Shown here: positions 52,413 to 64,000 of the stretch, one piece after another
Position numbering within the stretch: position 1 is the stretch's first letter
Layout of the letters: each line of letters starts with the position of its first letter
NCBI GenBank assembly: GCA_013239625.1
Contig: MU054323.1
Span: forward strand, 13,997,950-14,061,949
Direction: 5' to 3'
Length of the DNA stretch: 64,000 nucleotides
From: Lama guanicoe
Taxonomy: Eukaryota
Notes under the pieces: generated by a model
What the model saw: the letters and a program-made list of their open reading frames with translations, nothing else
What the model was told of the DNA's origin: nothing
Database searches by the model: none
Program-made: the position numbers and the translations under genes

Positions 52413-53382
52413 ATCTACTTATGTTAAAATAAAGAGATAAATTATAGAGTACTAATGGGTTTTTAAGACCAGACACAAAAATACATTTTGCACTTTTGGT
52501 TACGCGATTCACACTTTAATTGGTAACCCCTGTAGTTAAAAATCCGTTTTCCTCTGCTAAATCTACTTTATTAGAAAAAAATTAACATACTCTGCTTGTC
52601 TAACCAGTAGGTTCTAATCAAATGGTTATGAAGTAATTCAGTGCTGCTTATAACTGACTCACTTTTCTACTTTTCAGTGTTTTCTGTTAGTATCTTATAG
52701 AAGCATACTGATGTACTCAATAGGGCTTAAAGTGAGATAACATTAATGATAGTCTCTGAGGTTCTGGCTGAAGTTCTTATTGTCAATAAACAAGCAACCA
52801 TTTAGCATATCGTCTACTGGGAATCATTTTGATCAATTTAAAAGATTAGATCACCTTAATTGAGGAGACTAATTTCTCCTTATAGTAACACTAGTTTCAA
52901 ATATTGTTTAACTTCTTTAACATTGAATAATATTTTCCCTACAGTCTAATAAATAAAAAAGGTCCAATCTTATATAACTTATCAACTGTTACCAATTTAA
53001 CCCTAAGGAATACCATCTCCTTCTAGAATTTGTAGATGTTATATCTCCATCTTGATCCTATTTCTTCTTCTGTCATTAGCTGTGTTCCTGAATGCATTTC
53101 CCTTCTTTTTGTGATAGATATAAGTTAGGGTAATTATCAGCAAAGTCCAAAAATGATAAGCTGATTTCTGCATTTAACAAACATTTCTTTGTTTTGCCAA
53201 CTTTATAAATAAAACATTAGATTATAAATTTTTTGATGAATTTAGGAGATTACTAATTTTTACATTCTTCCAGTCTTTACTAGGCATTACCCAGGTGGAC
53301 ATGAAATGTTCAAGTATATCCCTTCTAGTATTTAATAAGAATTGGGTATGCTGGCCTTTAGATGTATAGAATGTTCGTTCCA

Positions 53383-53496
53383 TCTGTCTATCTGTCTGTC
53401 TGTCTTTCTTTCTTTCTTTTCTTTCTTTTCTTTCTTTTCTTTTTCTTTCTTTTCTTTCTTTCTTCTTTCTCTCTCTCCCTCTTCCTTCCTTCCTTC
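53383..53496. repeat. Compound (TCTG)n/(TTTC)n/(CTTC)n simple repeat
   Basis: Directly visible. Confidence 0.95.
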
Positions 53497-56400
53497 CAGA
53501 TGTTAAAAACAAAAATATACATTGGAGCCAATACTGTGTATTTTGTAAGGTTGTAATTTTAAGGTAATCATGAGATAGTATTATTAAAGTTTATCTACTC
53601 GTGAATATGTGAACATAACACTAATTATAATTAAATATTTTGTTGAAATACATTGTAGATTTGATCATTATTTTCAACCAAAAAATTATGAATTTCAGTT
53701 ATTACTACCAGATATAATTACCTGGAAAAGTCAAAGGTGGTCGAGGGAAGAGCTAAAGAAAGAAAGGAAAAAATAAATTGTTACTTAAAAAGTAGAATTG
53801 GTGTATTAATGCAGCTTGGAAGTATATGAAAAATCATAGCAAATTACTGGAGTTTTAGGGAATTGCAGCAATCCTGGGAAAACAATGGATAGGGCAAGAA
53901 GAATGATTATGCAGCCACCTTCGGGAACTGTTGTATGTTTTTCTGGTGTTTACATTTTTAACCGAGAGAAACACAGTACAGTTTTATATATTTCAACACT
54001 ATAACTGTATTGATAATTATTTTCAAATAAATATCTATATGTAATATATTATCATATCTTACTGGACTGCTGTATTTTTGAGACATTTTAAATCCACTTT
54101 TAGGATTTAAACATTTGCCAAGGACTGCATGTCCAATTTTGTAATGCAGATCATTAGGTAAATTAGTTTAGTAGGTATTTACTGTAAGGTCTACTTTCTG
54201 GAATGCAATTTTTTTTCACCAGATTGTATTGTTGGAAGAAATTGAAGTTAAGGTGCTGGTACCTGACTCTTTATCACAGATTAGAGGGAGTGAGAATTGG
54301 TTTAAAATGAATGTGGAACTGCCCTACAGGGAAGCAAAAGACTTTCTTTCACCTTGAACAATTACTTTATTTAGGACCAGGAATGTAAACACTAGGTAAA
54401 TCCTCATTTTATATTGCTTCACAGAAAGGTTTTTAAGTGATTGTCATACCAAGTCTCCAAGGTGTAGGACAATGTGCAAGCCATTGTGAGTGCTGTTTTT
54501 GCTCCACTAGTATAAGGACATTATGCTTTGTTCTTTAATTAGTAGGACACCTATGGAACTGCTGTATGGACTGAGCAAAATTGTACATGAAAATCATTTT
54601 GCTGAAGAGCAGCAAAGTCTTTTTGCATGTTAATAGGGGAAGTAGTATTAAGATTAAAATGATTTAACCATGTTGCATCTTATTTCAGTGATTACTTTCT
54701 TAACATTTTTAGCTAAACATGCCAGCTCGGTATCTGTAATTATGGCACATATTAAAACCAACCAAGCTGTTAACTACACACTTAGATGTGCAGCTACAGC
54801 TCTAATATATCACTCAATCATTTTCCATTATACGATGCAACATTAATTACCATTATTGCAGTGTGCAGCTTTGATAAACACTTAATGCTAAAGGAGAAAA
54901 TGTTGGGAATATTGCCTAATGTTTTTTTATCTCTGCATCTACATTATGTTTCTCATGTGGTTCTCCTTGCTTCAACTCATCTGGTTTCATTTGTTAAATT
55001 TGCACAAATTCTTAACATAAAAGTATCCCCAAATGTGTATGTTGTAATTAGGTTATAATTCTGAGTGGAGGTTCTAGTGACATTTAAGAGCAAACTGAGG
55101 GGCCGGTGGGATACTGCCAACTCTGGGGAATTCAGAGAGGAAGCAGCAGAACTAATTTATGCAAGTCTGGGAGCTGATGATTTTATGCACAGCTACTAAT
55201 GAAAGAGAAATTTCCTTAGTTGTTGTCCCCCCCCCCTTTATTTCCCTCAGTTCAAGCCTCACATCACAACTGTTAAATAGCTAGTGCTTTAGTTTGCATC
55301 AGTTAAAATAAACTTATTAATCACAATTTGCTTTGTACAAAATAACTGTCTTCACCTTTAGAAAAGCATGGTATCGGCGCTTCTAGATTTTAACCTAAAC
55401 ATCTCTCTCCAAAAGATCCCACAATTTTTAACCATTGAAAACCTGGGATGTGGCAAACAGAACTCTTTAAAGTTCAGGTGACATACTTGCTGTATTACCA
55501 TGAGCCAACTTACACCTTAAGATTTAAAAAATGTAAAAAAAAAAATGTCATACAAAAGGAATTTGGAACACAAGCTAAACAACCTAAAGCAGTCAACGTT
55601 TGGGATATTTAGTAAGAAGTTTCAGGCGAAGTTATAGCTGAAGATAGTGCCTGGAGTTTCAACTCTGCACTGAAGGGTGCCTTGGCTCCTTGTGCCAGGG
55701 CTACCTGCAACCAGGGCCACCTGCTGCTCTGTGCCTCCCTGTTCTTTCACCACAGAGCCTGGATGTGTCCTCACTCTCTGTGGGGATCACATTCAAGGGT
55801 GGGTCCACCCTATGAACCCACTGTCCCCTTCAGAAGGCAGCCTTTTATTTGTATCTTTGTCCTTAGGACCTTTGCCACTTAATCTCTGTCACTACTTTCC
55901 TTAGAGCGACAGCCTCTACATCACTGAATGCAGGTGTTCCCACTCTTTATCCAGCTGCTGTAACCCTTGGCCTTTGCTTCTGCTTGCCCTGGGAGTGTTT
56001 CAAATGCTTCCTATCTTGGCCTTGCTACTTTCAGGCCATGGAGAACAGAGGTCAGTGCCTGCTGGTACAGTCTGTTCTGTCTTCCTGCACCCTCAGCCAA
56101 GCTGACACCAGCCACCACTTCAGAGCCAGTCAGCAGTGTTGTCAAAGGTTCTTTCTGTTTCAAAACCAAAAGGAAAATTAAGTTTTCAATAGCCTCACCA
56201 GAGTGACCTCTGAAGCTTCCTAGGAAAGCAGACTGCCTGTGCATAGAAAGGAAATTTTCTCAAAAGACCATTTTCACTTGAAAATGGGTCACCTGTGGGA
56301 GTATCTGAACATGCCTACAGTGTGGGAAGTAAAACCAGGAGTTTCATTCTATGTTCTTATTTTGCAGATATGGAACTGAAGAAAAAGAGGTCTGCTCAAG

Positions 56401-56689
56401 GGATTTAGGCTTATTCATGACGGATAGGTTGAATATAATAGCTTTTCTTCAAATTCACCACCAGCCAAAGAATCTCTGGGTTTAGGTCCATCCTGTGATT
56501 TTAGTGTTGTTGTTTTCTTGAATTCCAAATGTCCTTCTCCTTCCTGTGCTAATCCAAACTGTATTCAACTTTAGTGCTGTTTCCTCCATTGGGATTTTAT
56601 CAGTCAGCTCACTTTAGCTTTTTTCTATTTTAAGATCTCTGTAACTGTTAGTGTTAGAACTGTTGAATTTGATTGTAAAAGAATCATCA

Positions 56690-56810
56690 TTAATACACAG
56701 ATCCTGACCCAGTACATCTGAGGTGGGGCCTAATCTACTGTGTTCCTGACCAGCTCCCGAGTGAGAGCAGTGTTGCTGAACCCTGAGCCATTCTGTAAGA
56801 TGTGCAGTAC
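56690..56810. mobile_element. hAT-Charlie MITE (MER5A-like)
   Basis: cagtacatctgaggtggggcctaa...ctgtgtt...accagctccc. Confidence 0.55.
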
Positions 56811-57059
56811 TAGCTTACACGTACTTTTCAGTTGCTATTTTTAATGAAGGTTTTTGTCTATTTGTAGGAAGCCCTTTGCTATCTCTTGACTAGATAGTCT
56901 TGAGACTTGACTACCCATGTACCATTCTTTATGCTTTCTTTTTGTCCTTTTTGGAAAATTTGATTCATTCTTAAATACCTGTTCTCTGAAGTATTTTTCC
57001 TAAATATCCCATTGAGATCACATTTTTCTTACTTCCTAAGCAATTAACTCTCCATTATT

Positions 57060-57490
57060 TTATTCAATGAATACTTAAAAAGCATCTGATTGTGCCAAAC
57101 ACTTTATCAATAACTTTATAAATATTAACTCATTTATATTTAGTGTAACTATTAACTTATAATTACACTATGAAATACAGTCAGCCCTTTGTATTTATAT
57201 ATGTGAATCTACAGGCATGGAAGACCAGTTGTACCATGCCATTTTATGTAAGGGATATGAGAATCTGTGGATTTTGATATCCGCTGGGGTTCTGGAACCA
57301 ATCACCCGTGAACTCAGAGGAGACTATAGGTAATAATTTTATCCCCAATTATAGGTTAAAAACCTGAGGCATAGAAAGGTTAAGTTATTTGCCCAAAGTC
57401 ACACAGGTGGTAAGTGTTGGTGGTGGGGGTTGAAACCTAGGCTGTATGGTTCTGAGTCCCTCCAGAGTCCATGTATTAACAACTATGCTA
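57060..57490 (-). mobile_element. MIR SINE (split by Tigger MITE)
   Basis: aaacctgaggcatagaaaggttaagttatttgcccaaagtcacacag. Confidence 0.75.
57178..57326. mobile_element. TcMar-Tigger MITE (Tigger3/MER8-like) nested in a MIR
   Basis: cagtcagccct...ggggttctggaaccaatcacccgtg...gaggagacta, flanked by TA at 57176-57177 and 57327-57328. Confidence 0.8.
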
Positions 57491-59679
57491 AAATGACTCT
57501 TGTAGTCTATTAAACATTGCATTACAGATACATTTTAGGGCTTATTACATTACAGCATTTTTATTTTTACATACCCACTTTCCCTGCTGAACTACTTAAG
57601 GACAGAAACTAATTTTGTTTCCCCAAGTCCCGGCTCAGCACCTGGCATGAAATGGGTGCTCAATTAATGCTTGTTGAATTTAGCTGAATTGAGATGAAAG
57701 CTATTTTGTTTTTCTTTCCTTTGCTGGTAAATGGACTTACATGGCAGTACCTTGTCTTGAGGTTTATTTATACTCAGTGAGGGGAAAGGTAAGAAGATAA
57801 ATGCAAGTTAGTTTAGAAAAAAGAAAGGCAATACTATCAAATGCTCGGAAAACACCATTAAGTACTATTAAAGCAGTTTTTTTTTAAGAAATAGATATTT
57901 ACTTTAGCCATGTAGTGAGGGAGACAGAAAGTTACACAATAATAGAGCAACTAGCAGCCCCTGCTTCAGTAGTGCACATTAACTGAGCAAATGTCAGTGG
58001 AGTCACACACACAATTCATGCAAGTCATTGAAATAAATGTATACACTTTCAACACTGCTGAATGAGGTTGACCTGTGTTCTTTGAAAAGGGAAATACTGC
58101 TTCCAGTAGAAATCCTGATAGCTCAAGTAGGAAAAGCTAGACTAACTGAATCTTCAGAAAAAAAAATACACAAATCCCCTCAGAAGGAAAAAATAAAAGA
58201 GGGTCAAAGAAAAAATAATCACTTAGACTTTATCCTTATATTTTATAAATTTTCTCATGAAAGCATTTGGTAGGTACACTAATGAGATCTAGTAAGACTG
58301 TAGGATTACAAAACTGTTGTCATAGCAATTGATAATGTATATACCACTAAAATATTACATAAGTCCATTGTAAAATGTATATTGGACTTCAGTGATGCCC
58401 AGTGAATATAAAGATGGGTGGCATCAGGAAAGAAATAATAACACCATCTTTTCTATTATATAATATAATACTCAGATAGATGAACTCACATAATGTATAA
58501 ATTATTGGCTTCTAATTCTACCAATTAGATAGAAGATTTAATTTATATAAATATAAGATTTAACTACATAAAAGAACTAGAGCTTAATATCCAGTATAGT
58601 TAGGGATTCAAAATTAGAATTATTTAGATGAAAGCAACTTTAGAGTATACTGAGTTGAAATTCCCACCCAATATAGATTTTGTTATTATTTTTATATTAT
58701 TCTTTAGAAATAGTTACTCATTCTTACTAAACCCATCCAAGTCAGGAAGTTTAATATTTCATGCAACAGTCCATTCCATTTTTGCTCAATTCATGCTGTT
58801 AGAATGATCATTAAATAGAATAATTTTAATTGTAGCCTCCTCTGAAGTTCAGTGCTAAAAATACATATTTTTTATTAAATGAAAGTTTGCAATAAAATAC
58901 ATGTTTGCTACACATACGTAGATTTACTGCAGTAATGTATCATTTAGAGAGAAGAAACTAAAAATAACGTTAATAAGTGATCAGATAATTTCACATTATT
59001 ATACCTTTGGTTAGTATTATTTCAAACACTACCTATAACACTTTCTTTGCAGTAGGATTAATTAATATGTTTTAGAATAGAATTTATTTAAATGCATTCT
59101 TTAATTCAGCTGTGTTAACAATATATATAGGCTTTGTCCCATTTTGTTCGAAAATACCTGGGTTTGGTACCACTGAAGTTATTAGAAGGGACACTTCTTT
59201 AATTTAATTTTCTTCTTTTTCTTTTTTTGTTTTAAATTATATATTTGGTTTATAATGTGTTGAAGGGAGACATTTTAGACACTATCTCACAATATGCTCA
59301 GAACCATGAATTTTTGTTTAGTTGTCTGTAAGTACCCAGAGGGAGGTGTCCCTTTTGTTACCTGGCAGATTTCTTTCTACTGAATGCACTACTATTAAGT
59401 GCTGAACACTTTTAAGTCATTGGCGACATCATAAAGACTTTCTATTTGAAAGCCGAAATAAAAAATTTTCACTTTTTTCCATCAGCTTGCAAATTTAACA
59501 AACATTTATTTTGTGTCTGCTACATAGAGCTTCTAATACCTCAGGAACTAAGAGCATCTAGTGTTGGAAGCAAAGCAAAGAAAAACAGAACTACATAATA
59601 TTCTCTATATTAAGCATTTAAAATGAATATAACTAGTAAGTATTTTAAATGCATTTTCTATTATTAAATGCGTCTATTG

Positions 59680-59885
59680 CTAGCATTTGTTAAATGCTTA
59701 CTATATGACAGTCACTACACTAAATGTTTTATAAATATTCATTTATTCCTCACAACAGTCCTATAGAGTAACATGTTTATTTACTAATGTTTGGTCCATG
59801 TTACAGATTAGAGAAGTGAGGCACAGAGAACCTCATGACATTTTCAAAGTTTCATAGGATCTAAGTGGCAGTGCCTGGACTCCAT
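59680..59885 (-). mobile_element. MIR SINE
   Basis: atgcttactatatgacag...cctcacaacagtcctat...acagattagagaagtgaggcacagag. Confidence 0.7.
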
Positions 59886-61589
59886 GGCTGTATATGAGGT
59901 ATTATGAAAACAAACACCCAAATTACTATTTTAGTTGTGTACTTCAAAATATCTTCAGGAGAGTCTCTCATTTTTTTATTAAGGCAGACAGTAGCAGTAA
60001 AAGGTAAGAAAACCACCCAGGAAAAGTGAGAAGAGCAAAACCAGAGAATTTAGAAGGAAATCCAGGTTTGCTGATGAAGATAATAAAGATTTCTACTGAA
60101 ATTTCAATGAGAACTTGAAAGAGAATATTTAGAGAAAATAATTCAGTAACATCTTTTTCAGAAGCAAAATCAGGATGTAAATTCCATAATTAGGAGAAAA
60201 ATGTAAATTGCTTTATGGAGAGCACAAGAAAATAAGGGTTGAAGACATGTTGGGTCCAGGTTGGTCAAGGAAAATTCTCTCAAGTGAAGAGACCTATTTT
60301 TTGCATAACTACGTGATGGGCTTTGTGCCATGCAGTTTAAACACTTCCTCACCTAAGTTTTATAATAAATTTACAGATGAGTAAACTGTGGCTATGATTT
60401 TAAGATGACATAGTAAATTGTGGAATCAAGTTTAAACCCAGGAGGATTTGTTGTACAAACATCTGCAGTGACATGCACATTCCTCCAAAATCTTTTATTC
60501 TGTTACTCAATGTTTTCCCCACTCTACCTCCATTAGTAGTTTATCTCTTTAAAATACCTTTTCCTCAAGTAAAGTGACCCACAGGTTAGACTCAGTCCTC
60601 TAGGAAGGGTTTAATCCAGAATGTATTATGGGATAATAAGGCTTCTGTGAGATACTGCATTGTTTAGCTATCCACAGAAAGTGAATGATGAATATGCACT
60701 TGCCAACATGAAAGGACATTCTGCCTATATGTGAATTAGATCTGACAGATCATCATATGAAAGAAATGCCCATGCCACCTAAAAACGTGCTTATGTTCTA
60801 TAAATGTGATCTACTTTTAGCTGTCAAATAGAGTTAGGTGAGGAAAGGATGAGACTATGTCAAAAACTTGTAGGCTGATAGAGTTATTCAATGCAGATTG
60901 TAAAATAAGATGATGGATTCTTTCCAGAGAAGCTGTCTCTCTCTATGGACCTGGATTAGTAGCATACTATCACCAAAACATCGATCTGCTTTGGTCATAG
61001 TACGGAAAATAATAGGCTATACGAAGCAAGCTTGAATTGTCTCTCTCAACATGATCAAGAAAAGAACAAAATTCACATGTGTGATTTTATAAATAGATGA
61101 AGAAATGCTCAGAATGAAGGGGCCATTAGGTATATATAAAAAACTATTCCTAATTACATTATAAATTTAAAAATAATTAATTAGATAGGAGATGACATAT
61201 TACACCAAGGGAATGACTGAGAAGTCCTGAGCAGATTCATTTGACCTGACTTAATATGGGAATACACTGAGAAGTGAGAGCAGACTGTTTAGAAGGCTGT
61301 GAGACTGAACCAACTGTGTGAACTACATGGACATGGGCTTTTTGTGAGGCCTTGAGCTGTGTTTACCGCAGAACTGCAGGCATTTTGTTTGATAAGCATG
61401 GCCTCTGTTAGTGGCAGGGGCACCAGACAAAACAGTGCAGTGTCATGGGGAAGAAAATTGCAGCTAGAAAGAGAGTTTAAGCAGATGTTTTATAGTCAGC
61501 CACTCTAACAGTTAGAAGTGACTGTGTCAGGGAATGTGACAATTGTGTACAGCATTTGAGGCCCTGTTCTTCCACTTAAAATTCACAGG

Positions 61590-61760
61590 AGGTCTCTGAG
61601 CCTCAGTTTCGTCATCTGTAGATTTGGGATAAAAACAACTACTTAATAGGTTGGTAGAATGTTCTACTATTTTGTGAGGTATAGAATGGTTATGATTATT
61701 ATTAACAAGATTGAAACATCTACATATACCTGTCCAGCTTTGTGCTAGGCTCAGTGAAGT
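61590..61760 (+). mobile_element. MIR SINE
   Basis: ctctgagcctcagtttcgtcatctgtagatttgggataa. Confidence 0.65.
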
Positions 61761-62056
61761 ACAGCATGACATTTCAGCCGTAAGTCTTAAGGAGATTCAT
61801 CTCTGGGAAACTGGGGGAGGAACAGACACATAAACACAACAAGTAGAAGAAAATAGGTAGTGCTAAAATATTAGTCTTTGGTGACTGGCAAAATAGAAAT
61901 TTAATATTCTTTAGCCAATGATCCTGGTTACCTTTCCTTCTTACCCCAGCCACACACACAGCAACAGTCTTGCCTGCAGCAAGGTGGCTGTTCGCAGCTT
62001 CCAAGAAGGCTGATCCCCAGGGCCTGAGGCCAGGTAGGAGACTGTACTTCCTTTCT

Positions 62057-62121
62057 CTCAACTCAACTCAACTCAATCTATATATATATATATATGTAGA
62101 GAGAGAGACACAGAGAGAGAG
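62057..62121. repeat. (CTCAA)n + (TA)n + (GA)n compound repeat
   Basis: Directly visible. Confidence 0.9.
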
Positions 62122-63844
62122 ATCTACAAGGATATAACATACATGTATATATACATCTTCAGCATCCTAAGGCACTTTCCATTTTCACTTACTCCTCTTT
62201 CGAAGTTACATAATCTCTCCTAGAGGTTTTCCATTTTGTGACATCTGCAAATATGATAATGTTTTCTATCTGCTTATTTACTGACCAAATGTTGATTAGC
62301 ACTGGCCCTGGGAGTAAGTAAGGAAGGATCAGTTCTCTGGACTGTACATCAGAGCACTGTCCCTGTACTTCTAATTCCTAGCTGCCTTTTGCATAGTAGA
62401 TACATAGTAAATATTTCTTGATAACTTTCTTCTTTTTTTCCTCTACAAAATTACTTTAACTTGTACTTACTCCTATTATAAACATTGCATTTTCCTGGAA
62501 AATTGCTCATGGTTTGTACATTTACCTGAAAAGCCTTAATTTGTCCACTTCAACACTTTCAGTCTTAAATGATATGATCAGAGAAAGCAATATTGTGAGC
62601 TTTCTAAAACATAAATCTCCAATATTAGTGCTCAAAAATTGGTTACTATTTTTAAGCAGAATCTAAAACAGCAATATAGGCAAGTTAACATTTTAGAAAA
62701 TTAATCTGATGGTGTTTTTCCCCAGACCTTTGAAAGAATCTAGTGGATACTAGAAAAGTACCTTTAAAATTCTTATAAAAATATTTGTGCATTAGTAATT
62801 TGGGAGATCTAACCATTACCAGACACATATAACATATCTGGCAACATGTATTATCTCTGACTCTATTAACAGTTCTATAAAGTCCCTGTTACACAGGAAT
62901 GAAAACTAGGAGTTAAAATTTTACTTGACTAAATTATACATATTCTAAGTGGAATTGTCATCATTAAAATATAAATATATTTGACACCACATTGTTTAAT
63001 ATATAAGAAAGTGAAATCAATAAAGTTAACCATAATTGATATGATTTTAGAGAATTGAGCATGTGAAAACAAATGAGAATGCTCTAATTTTTTTTAAATT
63101 GCAGGCACTCGTATTTTTACATGGATTGATGCAAACTGCTGTATTGTCCAAATGTGAAACAAGGACTGAGAGAGAATTGAGGCCTCTTACTCATTTTCTT
63201 TCTGTTCTTTTCTCAAATCACAGGGATTTATTTGAAACATTTCTGAAGACTTTTGGAGTATATTATTTTCCCTTTATTCTGAACAATATCTTTGCTATTT
63301 ATAGCTTACTTTCTATTATTATCTTGCAACACATTCCATGTCTTTTGTAAAATCTCAATGGTGTGACAATTTACTCTTGATGATTGCTTTGTTGGAGACC
63401 TGCCTTATTTTTTTTCACTCTTCATTTTTTCAAGTAAAAATCTGTATGTGTTTTTTTCTTTCTATTTTTGTCAATGCCATTTAGCGTCTTACAAATTCTA
63501 ACTTAACTGTTGTGCCTGTCTGACTGTGAGCAAATGGAATTGAAAAATTCTGGAGTATCAATTCATCTAGGCTTGTTTGTACATCTCTAAGTGTCTGTGT
63601 TTCTGAGCCCCATCAACTGTGGAGCTAAACATTGGGTCATGGTGAATGAAACCAACATGTTTTAGCTGAATTTAGCCCTAGGTTTGCGTAGGTGTGTTAC
63701 TTTGAAAACTTTACATATTTAACTATAGAAAAACCTATTGGCATTAAAAATAGACATATTTGATCATTTGATTAGTTGATGCCCTAAATAGGCAGTCAAA
63801 AGGCTGACAGAACCATCATCAATTTAATTTTTTTACCATACCAT

Positions 63845-64000
63845 TTTATTTTATTGAGGTATAGTTGATTTACAATGTTGTGTCAGTTTCTGGTATACAG
63901 CATAGTGATTCAGTTATAAGTAGATATTTCTTTCTCATTATAAGTTGTTACAAGCTATTGGATATAGTCTTCTGTGTTATAGTAGGACCTTGTTGCTTAT
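63845..64000 (-). mobile_element. L1 3' end (runs off window)
   Basis: ttttattgaggtatagttgatttacaatgttgtgtcagtttctggtatacagcatagtgattcag. Confidence 0.85.

Noticed and set aside
53222..53556. Lys/Arg/Glu-rich and Phe/Leu-rich ORFs (also at 42803-43057)
   Set aside because: Translations of simple repeats.
54205..54265. Micro-exon candidate (ttttttcaccag|ATTGTATTG...)
   Set aside because: Weak donors and no supporting neighbouring exons.
55660..56130. GC-richer patch with several overlapping ORFs
   Set aside because: Not a CpG island, no recognisable protein; possibly a decayed LTR that I cannot assign.
63063..63350. Possible exon after a strong-looking acceptor (ctaat...tttttaaattgcag)
   Set aside because: No convincing donor and no recognisable protein similarity.

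Overview
AT-rich, CpG-poor eutherian genomic DNA, most likely from a camelid. The evidence for that is a Vic-1-like tRNA-derived SINE; I recognised no Alu, Bov-A/Bov-tA or rodent B1/B2 elements. I can support no host protein-coding exon, so the window looks intergenic or deep intronic. Every ORF I could assign to a protein is a decayed retroelement fragment. The main feature is a TSD-flanked, end-to-end but mutated LINE-1 on the minus strand (~28052-33847). It has an unusually short 5' UTR that may be spliced, and a nested 3'-end insertion from a different L1 subfamily next to a 383-N assembly gap. The window also holds a second minus-strand L1 with an in-frame ORF1-ORF2 deletion junction, several short TSD-flanked L1 3' ends, an ERVL gag-pro remnant, MaLR/ERVL LTRs, ancient L2/MIR/CR1 and hAT/Tigger fossils, microsatellites and an 89-bp tandem duplication. 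I found no convincing new biological system; the most interesting observations concern retrotransposition mechanics. Repeat family names come from recalled consensus motifs, not a database search. Boundaries are approximate unless a TSD is given.
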